Assembly (NCBI GenBank): GCA_943788985.1
Contig: CALSSJ010000036.1
Location: 32,001-96,000, forward strand
Origin: an uncultured Lentisphaerales bacterium
Lineage (GTDB): Bacteria > Verrucomicrobiota > Lentisphaeria > JABSQK01 > UBA12247
DNA length: 64,000 nucleotides
Direction of reading: 5' to 3'
The notes under the pieces were generated by a model. That model was not told the DNA's origin. It worked only from the letters and a program-made list of their open reading frames with translations, and ran no database searches. A program made the position numbers and the translations under genes. Positions 56,454 to 64,000 of the stretch are shown here, piece after piece (position 1 is the stretch's first letter; every line of letters begins with the position of its first letter).

Positions 56454-58766
56454 CTAGAAGTTGTATCCCAAGTTGAAATGCAACCGGCCCTCGTCCTCAA
56501 GGTGGTCCCAGGCGCGATTGATAGGCCAACCGTAGTCGACGCTGACTGCCCCGAGTTGCTTCACGAACAAGCGCAAGCCAACACCGGCGCCGACGTTCAT
56601 GTCACCAAATTCCCAGCTGTCCATCCAGACGTTACCCGCATCGACAAAGACTGCACCGTAAAGCTGCTCCGAGTAAAGCGGCGTATTCAACTCAGCAGTG
56701 GTCAGGAAGCGAGAGCGGCCACCGACCGGCTCGTCATGATGGTCGGCCGCGGTTGCGTTTACATCGCGGTCCGTCGGCCCTACGCTGCGTTCTTCGAAGC
56801 CACGAATGGTATGGGCACCACCGGCGAACAGCCGATCGAAGATGCTGGGCTCTGCGCCCTCGACCTTCTCAACTTGGCTCATCTCGGCAGAGAGTTTGAA
56901 GATACTGCGCTTGAATACTGGCCAATACTTCTCGCCACCAAGCTTCAGCTTGTAGAGAGTCGAATAGCTGCCAAGCGCCTCCGCCTGAAACTCACCATTG
57001 ATATTGATTCGGGAACCACTTGAAGGCATCACCGCCTTGTTGCGATGATCACGGACAAATCCCATGCTCAGAGCACTGACTAACTCGGAATCTTCCTCGT
57101 CTTTTGCGAACTCCGCACTGAAGGCGCTGTCGCTAACGTCACTAATCTCGATCTGCTCGAGGCGATATCCGACGGACTGACGCCAAAATGGCGTGCTCAT
57201 GGCGCGAGTCAGTTTGTAGCTGTTGCCGATACTGCGCTGATCGTACTCACGGTTTGCGCTGGTCTCCCGTAGCCAGAGCTCGGTGTCGAAACGAAGCTGA
57301 CGATCAAACATCCACGGCTCGGTAAATGCCAAGGTAAAGTTGGAGCGACTGGAGCCTGCCTCGGCCCGCAGACGAAAGCGCTGCCCGCCACCTCTGAAGG
57401 ATGGCCAGCCAAAGAGGTCGAAGTTGGTCTGAGACATCTCAACCGTACCGACGATGCTGTCCGTACTGGAGACACCTGCGCCAAAAAGAAGTTGCCCAGT
57501 GAGGGTCTCTTCTACCTCAACATCGAGGTCCTTAAAGCCAGCCTCTGGGGTCGACCGTGGGTGCACTTCTACAGACCCAAAGTAGCCAAGGTTCATTAGA
57601 GCTGCCTTGCTGGTCTTGACTTGGGAAGCATCAGCCAGGTCGCCGGGTTGGAGACGAAGCTCGCGACGGATGACGTGGTCTTTGGTGATCCGGTTGCCCT
57701 GGATATTGATGTTGCGAATGCGAGCCTGCTCACCTTCGAGCACCTGATAGACGACGGACACAGTATGGTCCGACTGGCTAGGCTCACGACGCGCAATGAC
57801 GCGCGAGTCCATGTAGCCTAGGGAGTTGTAATAGGCAGTGACCTTGTCGACGTCGCGGCGTTCCGTGGCACGGCTGTATGTCTGATTGGCGGCAAGGCTG
57901 ACAAACGGCTGAAGCGCTGCAGTGTCTTCCGCTTCATTTCCAGTAATGCTGACCTCGGCCACTGTGTAAGGACTGCCCTCATCAATCTTGATGGTCAGGA
58001 AGACCTTCTCGCCACCCTTGCTATGTTGCGCAGCAACATCGATCACTTTGAAATCTAGATAGCCTGCGTCCAGGTAAGCCTGGGTGACCGCATTCTGATC
58101 ACTATCGAAATCAGATTCGTTGTAGTATCCCATCGGCAGCATGAATCCCAGCCAGGAAACTTCGGTGTCCATCTTGGCGCGCAACTGGCGGTCCGAAAAA
58201 ACGGTATTCCCGATGAAGTCGACGCCGCGAGTCTTTGCCCGGCCGTTCTCCTCGATCAGATAGACGATGCGAATATCGCCGGTATCTTCGAGCGTCTCAA
58301 TCTTCTGCTCAATGTTGATGTTATTGTAGCCTTTCCCACGATAGAATGCGTACAGTGCTTCAAGGTCGGCTGACAGCTGTGTCTCATCCATCGGCAGGTT
58401 GGTTTCCTGCTCCAGTTGCTTCATCAGGCGCTTGGTGGCAAATGCTTCGTTCCCTTGAAGAACGATGGTGTTGATACGAGCCTTGGGGGTAATCGTGAAG
58501 ACCACGTCGATCGTGTCCCCCTGAGCCTGCTTGGCCTTGGCGACAACATCGTCAAACTGCCCGGTTTTGTATAGGCTCTTAATATCTTTCGACAGCTGTT
58601 CCTGAGAAAACGCAGCCCCCTCTACCAACAGAATGTGCGCCCGGACAACATCCGGTGATACATTTTGAGCTGTATTTGATTTGATGACGATTTTATTGAC
58701 GGTCGCGGCCATCAGCGTAAGACTCGTGGCCAGTATAACCAAGCCGACAGTAACTGCTCGAAACAT
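56454..58766 (-). CDS. bamA: Outer membrane protein assembly factor BamA
   Basis: Signal peptide, POTRA repeats (GNRITKDHVIRREL), AGG..TIRGF, terminal aromatic FNLGYNF. Confidence 0.93.
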   Translation of the reverse strand: MFRAVTVGLVILATSLTLMAATVNKIVIKSNTAQNVSPDVVRAHILLVEGAAFSQEQLSKDIKSLYKTGQFDDVVAKAKQAQGDTIDVVFTITPKARINTIVLQGNEAFATKRLMKQLEQETNLPMDETQLSADLEALYAFYRGKGYNNINIEQKIETLEDTGDIRIVYLIEENGRAKTRGVDFIGNTVFSDRQLRAKMDTEVSWLGFMLPMGYYNESDFDSDQNAVTQAYLDAGYLDFKVIDVAAQHSKGGEKVFLTIKIDEGSPYTVAEVSITGNEAEDTAALQPFVSLAANQTYSRATERRDVDKVTAYYNSLGYMDSRVIARREPSQSDHTVSVVYQVLEGEQARIRNINIQGNRITKDHVIRRELRLQPGDLADASQVKTSKAALMNLGYFGSVEVHPRSTPEAGFKDLDVEVEETLTGQLLFGAGVSSTDSIVGTVEMSQTNFDLFGWPSFRGGGQRFRLRAEAGSSRSNFTLAFTEPWMFDRQLRFDTELWLRETSANREYDQRSIGNSYKLTRAMSTPFWRQSVGYRLEQIEISDVSDSAFSAEFAKDEEDSELVSALSMGFVRDHRNKAVMPSSGSRININGEFQAEALGSYSTLYKLKLGGEKYWPVFKRSIFKLSAEMSQVEKVEGAEPSIFDRLFAGGAHTIRGFEERSVGPTDRDVNATAADHHDEPVGGRSRFLTTAELNTPLYSEQLYGAVFVDAGNVWMDSWEFGDMNVGAGVGLRLFVKQLGAVSVDYGWPINRAWDHLEDEGRLHFNLGYNF

Positions 58767-58801
58767 AGATAACTCCTGCTCTAACTCTTGGCCAAGTGGC
58801 A

Positions 58802-60214
58802 CTAGTCCAAAGGCACGTCTTCATCGGCGATGCGTGTCGCATTCTCGAATCGGGTATATTGCCCTATAAACATGAGTTTTACAATGCCTGTTTCACCATT
58901 CCGATTTTTCGCAATAATGACCTCAGATTCTAGGCCGGTAGGTTCATCGCCGTCCTCGTGTTCAATCGCCTGATCACGATCGCGATGCAGAAGCATCACA
59001 ACGTCAGCATCCTGTTCGATCGCACCTGACTCACGGAGCTGAGACAATTTGGGACGTCCACCCTGCTCCGCCTGCCGATTCAGCTGCGCCAGCAGCAGGA
59101 CTGGAACATCCATATCCTTGGCCATCGCCTTGATGTCAGACGAAAGCTTGGAGACTTCTTGCTCGCGGTTGGCGTTACGGCTCACTCCGGTGGCACGCAT
59201 CAACTGCAGGTAGTCAATCACAATGCAATTAACCTCATGATCCTGAGCGATCCGACGCGCCTTCTGACGCATCTCGATTGCCGACAACTGTGGCGTTTCA
59301 TCAATGAAGATTGGAAGCTTGGATAGACGATCGCCGGCATCCATGATGGTTCCCGCCCATTGGGCGTTCGTAAGCCGCCCGTCGCGAATGTCTCGAATAT
59401 TCACCCGCGCCTCACTACAAAGCATGCGCACTGCGACTTGAGCAGCACCCATTTCCAACGAGAAGAAAATCACACCCTTGCCATCTCCAGCCACATTTCG
59501 GGCAATGTTCATCGCCAACGCGGTCTTGCCAATGGACGGGCGTGCAGCGAGAACGATCAACTCCCCGCGACGCAGCCCGTTGATTTTGAAGTCCAAATCA
59601 TACCCGGTGGGATAGCCGCGTGCATCTGAGCTGCCCTTGGTCAATTGTTCCAAGTGTTCGACGGCATCGTGCATCAATTCGTTCATCGGAACAGCAGGCT
59701 TATCGGTCCGGGCCGCACTCACGTCCTGAATCCGCGATTCAACATCATTCATGAACCCGACGATGTCTTCTTGGGGTTCAAAGCAGGAACGACTGATCTT
59801 CGTACACTCACTGATCAAACGCCGCAGCACCCACGCCTCGTAGGCAGCGTCCAGATAGGTCTCGAGATTAGATGCAATTGGCACCACGTTCAACAGGTAG
59901 GATAAGTACTCTGCGCCACCGATTTTACTCAACAGCCCTTGACGGTCCAGGTAGTCAGAGATTACGACGAAATCGATTTCGCGCGGCTCTAGCATGTCGC
60001 GCATCGCGCGAAAAGCTTTGTAAATCAGCCGATGCTCAGCCGTGTAAAAGCAGCTTTCATCCGGCAGCCTGTGAATGACAAGATCGATCGTATGCTCTGC
60101 CTCTCCGAGGACGCAGGACAGGACCGCGCGCTCGCAGTCCAGGGCTTGAGGCAGTGGTTTGTCGCCGAACAACGGCGCGGGCATTTCTTCTTCGTTCACG
60201 TCATTTACTTCCAA
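58802..60214 (-). CDS. dnaB: Replicative DNA helicase
   Basis: LAARPSIGKT, FFSLEM, IDYLQL, AQLNR, LRESGAIEQDAD, AKNRNG; no intein. Confidence 0.96.
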   Translation of the reverse strand: MEVNDVNEEEMPAPLFGDKPLPQALDCERAVLSCVLGEAEHTIDLVIHRLPDESCFYTAEHRLIYKAFRAMRDMLEPREIDFVVISDYLDRQGLLSKIGGAEYLSYLLNVVPIASNLETYLDAAYEAWVLRRLISECTKISRSCFEPQEDIVGFMNDVESRIQDVSAARTDKPAVPMNELMHDAVEHLEQLTKGSSDARGYPTGYDLDFKINGLRRGELIVLAARPSIGKTALAMNIARNVAGDGKGVIFFSLEMGAAQVAVRMLCSEARVNIRDIRDGRLTNAQWAGTIMDAGDRLSKLPIFIDETPQLSAIEMRQKARRIAQDHEVNCIVIDYLQLMRATGVSRNANREQEVSKLSSDIKAMAKDMDVPVLLLAQLNRQAEQGGRPKLSQLRESGAIEQDADVVMLLHRDRDQAIEHEDGDEPTGLESEVIIAKNRNGETGIVKLMFIGQYTRFENATRIADEDVPLD

Positions 60215-60331
60215 CTGGCCAGGATTGTCCGGTATCAGTAGTTCACCGCGCGACTTCGTCGTTGCAGCCTGCCAGAGTTAGGGACCGCGCATGCCCAAAG
60301 GCGGAGGATCTGAGCGCCTGATGGCGCCACC

Positions 60332-61426
60332 CTACCGCTTAACCCAGAGCCCCCACAGCCCCAACCCCTGGCAGAGCAGGTTCGGCACCCACACAAGCAC
60401 CTCCGGGTGAGCGGCGCCCTGGTCTTCGATCGATTGCACAAAGGAAATCAGCGCGAAGTAGATCATGGGCGTGATGATGCACAGGAACAGAGATTTAGTA
60501 TTGTCCCGGCGCGAATGCTTCACTGCGAGCGGAATCCCAAGCAAGATCAAGGAAAACGGAGCCAGCGCTAGCGCGGCTCGCAACTGAATCTCCACCAGCA
60601 GTTCGGTGGTATCCAGCCCTCGCTCCCTATAAAGGGCGATATTCGCAAAAAGCTGCCCCGTGCGCATGCGCCCAGTGCCCTCGACCAATCGCTTTGAGTC
60701 CAGTTTATCCCCGTAATAGAGCGGAAAGCGGCACTCTCCAGCCTTCAGGCGAGATGTTTTCTCCGAGTCGAACGGGTCCTCCTTACTCGGCTTGTGGATG
60801 GTCGCGTCATACAGCACCAGATCGATCTTTTTGGCCCGATCGTCCACGATCACCTCGCCCCGACCGGCATTGAACTTCTGGATTCCACGCTGTTCATCAA
60901 ACACCACAACATGAATGTCGCGGACTTCATCCTCGTACTTTTTGCCCACATAAACTGTATACCCGTCGAACAGCTCAATGAATTGCCCTTCCACCAGAAG
61001 ATCGAGCGGATTCTTGATCGCTTCCGACTTAGCCTTCCACCGGGCCAACGCATTGTGTTCGGGAATCACTTGGAACTGAAGATATGTGCAGAGCCCGCTG
61101 ATCAACACAGCCAAGAGCATCACCGGGGCAGCAATCTGAAACAGACTGATTCCAGCGGAGCGCAGCGCACTGAGCTCGTGCTCGGCGCTGAGTGTATTGA
61201 AGTAGATCACTGTTGCAAAGAACAGGCTCAGCGGCAACGTAAAACCAAGAACCTGCGGAATCCGATGTGCCACCAGACCGAGCAGAACCGGAAGCGGCAC
61301 CCCTTTTGACAGCAGATCAAACACCTTTGCCAATTGCCCTACGAGCATGACAAACGTCCCAACCACCACAGCGAGCGCCAGATACATGCCCACTGTCTTC
61401 CACGTATATCGGCTAAGAATTCCCAT
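60332..61426 (-). CDS. LptF/LptG family permease
   Basis: ILSRY, TM helices, ELSALRSAGIS, periplasmic beta domain, LGIPL, WVPNL. Confidence 0.85.
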   Translation of the reverse strand: MGILSRYTWKTVGMYLALAVVVGTFVMLVGQLAKVFDLLSKGVPLPVLLGLVAHRIPQVLGFTLPLSLFFATVIYFNTLSAEHELSALRSAGISLFQIAAPVMLLAVLISGLCTYLQFQVIPEHNALARWKAKSEAIKNPLDLLVEGQFIELFDGYTVYVGKKYEDEVRDIHVVVFDEQRGIQKFNAGRGEVIVDDRAKKIDLVLYDATIHKPSKEDPFDSEKTSRLKAGECRFPLYYGDKLDSKRLVEGTGRMRTGQLFANIALYRERGLDTTELLVEIQLRAALALAPFSLILLGIPLAVKHSRRDNTKSLFLCIITPMIYFALISFVQSIEDQGAAHPEVLVWVPNLLCQGLGLWGLWVKR

Positions 61427-61438
61427 AGTCCACCGCGG

Positions 61439-61999
61439 ATGAGTCCTTCGTTGCATTCCACTATAACGGCCCAGCCCCCGAGCCCAGTCCAAATCGCGAT
61501 CGGGCTAGGCGCCAACATCGGTGACCGCGTGGCCGCCCTAAACGCTGGCGTCCGTCATTTGGAAAAGGTCGCTGACAATATCGCCTGTTCGTCGGTATTC
61601 GAATCGCCGCCGCTGGATTGTGAAAAGACAGCTGGCCCGTTCCTTAATATGGTACTCACCGGCACGACCCAACGCTCCCCCATTGAGCTACTCGCACACT
61701 GCCAGGATATGGAAGCAAGAATGGGGCGAACACCGCGACGAATGCGCACAACTGGTAGCTTTCAATCCCGCAAGCTGGATCTAGACATCCTGCGCTACGG
61801 AGATTTCAACTGCACGACACCAGAGCTGATCCTGCCGCACCCTGAACTTCGATTCCGGCCATTCGTGCTACTGCCACTCGCTCAGCTCATGCCCGACTGG
61901 CAGATTGATGGCGGCCCTTCACTCGCAGATCTGGCAACCGTATTCCGAGACCGGGGCTGTACGATTCACCCCTGCGAGCTCCGCGGCTCAGAGGAATAA
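61439..61999 (+). CDS. folK: 2-amino-4-hydroxy-6-hydroxymethyldihydropteridine diphosphokinase (start uncertain)
   Basis: IGLGANIGDR, FLN.V, E..MGR, R.LDLDIL, LPHP...R.FVL.PL. Confidence 0.9.
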   Translation: MSPSLHSTITAQPPSPVQIAIGLGANIGDRVAALNAGVRHLEKVADNIACSSVFESPPLDCEKTAGPFLNMVLTGTTQRSPIELLAHCQDMEARMGRTPRRMRTTGSFQSRKLDLDILRYGDFNCTTPELILPHPELRFRPFVLLPLAQLMPDWQIDGGPSLADLATVFRDRGCTIHPCELRGSEE

Positions 62000-62076
62000 T
62001 CGTAGAAGTTGCGGAAAAGCGATTGAAGGATCGAAGAACCGAGGTAACTTACCCGCTTGCCGAGAGGTAACTAGGT

Positions 62077-62153
<77 letters not shown>

Positions 62154-62364
62154 TTTCTGGCCTACAGCTTCCAGGACCGTTGCGATAGGATCGCAACACG
62201 CTCCCAGCCAGAACGCGTTCTGTTCAAAGGGTCTGGCTGCCCGGCCCCAACCATCATGACCAGAACGCCACAGCCAGCAGAACCCCATGCAGTCTCATAC
62301 GGTTGGTTGTGAAATACACTTTGTGAACTAGTAGTACCGACCCTACGCACGCACAAGGATTTCT

Positions 62365-64000
62365 ATGGCTCAACGCGCTCAACGTGCAGCTCTGAACGAG
62401 TTGCTAGCAGACCGCGATCTGCAAGTTCAGATCGAATTGGAAGACACTCTTTCCCAGCAGAGGGGGTTACCGCACCGTCGCTCCGGCAGTCGCTACGACG
62501 TCGGCGACTTGTTGGGCTCTGAGGCAACGGGCGATGTCCATGTCGCTAGGGATTGCGAGAGCGGCCGCGTGGTGGCCATGAAGGTATTGCGGGCCAGCGA
62601 CCTCTCGAATGACTCGATGGTGGCCCGTTTTGCTGAAGAAGTGCAGCTACAATCCCAGTTGGACCACCCGGGTATCTGCGCCGTGCACGACGTGGGCGTC
62701 ACGGACGACGGGCTCCCCTATTACACGATGCGCCGTGCGACTGGGCTTTCGCTCCAAGACATTCTGAACCGACTGGTTGCCGGAAATCCGGAAGCCGTGG
62801 CACGATATACGCTCCAGCATCTTGTCGAAATTTTCCATCAGATCTGCGACGCAATCGCCTATGCCCATCGCCAGGGGGTTCTCCATTGTGGCCTTTCGCC
62901 GTCAGCCATCCACGTCAATTCCTTCGGCGACGTCGAAATTGGCCGCTGGGAACTCGCAGAACTTACCGGGCGCCAGCGCACGCCGATCAGGCGCGAGGCA
63001 GAGCCACAAGACGAAGAAGAAGAGGCGCCGAGTGGTGGCAGCCCGACATCCATGGCCCGTTGGGTTGTACAAACCGGTCTGGGCAAAAGCGCAGCGCGTC
63101 CAGACGGCATAGACGTGCTTCACCCCGCCCCAGCATTTGCAGCCCCGGAGCAGGTTTCTGGAGAGCGCGCGACCGTGACGACTGATGTCTACGCGCTGGG
63201 CGCAATCCTCTATAACATTGTTTACCTGCGCCCTCCGGTCGCGGGCCAAAATGACCGCGAGGTACTTGCCGCGATCGAAGCTGGAAACATTGCCCAGCCC
63301 GCGGCTGGCGTCGCGATGCGCCACGCTAGCGACATGCCAGTGCCAGACGAACTGGCTGCCACAATGGCTAAAGCACTCAATCTCCTGCCCGACTCACGCT
63401 GCCTGTCTGTCGCAGAACTGCGCCACGCCGTAATTCTTCCCACGCCAACGAACGCTCCAGTGCCAGTTAGCTTCGCCAGCGACCTTGGCGGATTGGCCAA
63501 GAGTTCCCCGGGAAAACTGTTCGTTTTTGCCGCTGCCCTAGTCGCCATCGGCCTTGCCGTAGGTGCCATGTCTCTTGCAGGCAACGACGGCAAGAATAGC
63601 GAATCCAAAGAACGCATCGCAGCCCTCAACGTTGAGTTGGCCGCCACGACGAGTTCCCGAAACAAGGCGCTTGCAGAATTGAGCCAGGCCAAGAACATGC
63701 TTCGTGAGGGACCGGATGCCGATGGCATTGCAGACGCTCAGAAAGAGGCGAAGGCTGCACGCGAGTGGGCGGATACTGCTCGACGCGAGGCGCAGGCATC
63801 CCGCGAAAATGCGGATCTGGCCACGGAACAGGCCGAGGCCTACGCACGGGAGATCGACACGTTGCGCAAAGAGGCAGTGAAATTGCGCCAGGAAATGGAG
63901 CTTACGCGCCGAAGCAACAACAACACAAGCGTCGACTCCGGACTGCAAGCCAAGCTGGCCGATTCCTTGGAGAGTATCGCACAACTCAAGGATCGCGCAG
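62365..64000 (+). CDS. Membrane-anchored Ser/Thr kinase-fold protein (probable pseudokinase), runs off the window end
   Basis: AAGGA RBS; hand translation open to the edge: VAMKVL, RFAEE, LDHPGI, DAIAYAH, APEQ, DVYALGAILY, TM helix about 63517-63580, coiled coil. Confidence 0.85.
   Translation, partial: MAQRAQRAALNELLADRDLQVQIELEDTLSQQRGLPHRRSGSRYDVGDLLGSEATGDVHVARDCESGRVVAMKVLRASDLSNDSMVARFAEEVQLQSQLDHPGICAVHDVGVTDDGLPYYTMRRATGLSLQDILNRLVAGNPEAVARYTLQHLVEIFHQICDAIAYAHRQGVLHCGLSPSAIHVNSFGDVEIGRWELAELTGRQRTPIRREAEPQDEEEEAPSGGSPTSMARWVVQTGLGKSAARPDGIDVLHPAPAFAAPEQVSGERATVTTDVYALGAILYNIVYLRPPVAGQNDREVLAAIEAGNIAQPAAGVAMRHASDMPVPDELAATMAKALNLLPDSRCLSVAELRHAVILPTPTNAPVPVSFASDLGGLAKSSPGKLFVFAAALVAIGLAVGAMSLAGNDGKNSESKERIAALNVELAATTSSRNKALAELSQAKNMLREGPDADGIADAQKEAKAAREWADTARREAQASRENADLATEQAEAYAREIDTLRKEAVKLRQEMELTRRSNNNTSVDSGLQAKLADSLESIAQLKDRA

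Overview
Bacterial, moderately GC-rich chromosomal window, most likely from a PVC-superphylum organism (Lentisphaerota/Kiritimatiellota-like). This is inferred from the sulfatases, prepilin-like H-X9-DG proteins, the DUF1501/DUF1553 cluster, GH95 and GH109. Two intact housekeeping blocks (thyA-carB-galE-proA / amtB-glnK / trpBA-tsaB, and bamA-dnaB-lptF-folK-tRNA-fMet) alternate with decayed or error-rich accessory blocks. These hold layered type I restriction-modification remnants from three systems, an IS3 relic, glycan-degradation genes, xylA/xylR and an orphan ParB-like gene. Most notable observations: (1) a palindromic repeat element built from 7-nt units, present twice in opposite orientation (41557-41672, 54312-54445); (2) a beta-sandwich-like domain shared by two adjacent genes in circularly permuted order; (3) an exosortase K pair whose target has a variant TPAP sorting signal; (4) a membrane-anchored Ser/Thr pseudokinase missing from the ORF track; (5) nested type I R-M systems. 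All family assignments come from motif recognition by eye, not database searches. Many frameshifts sit in homopolymers and may be sequencing errors.
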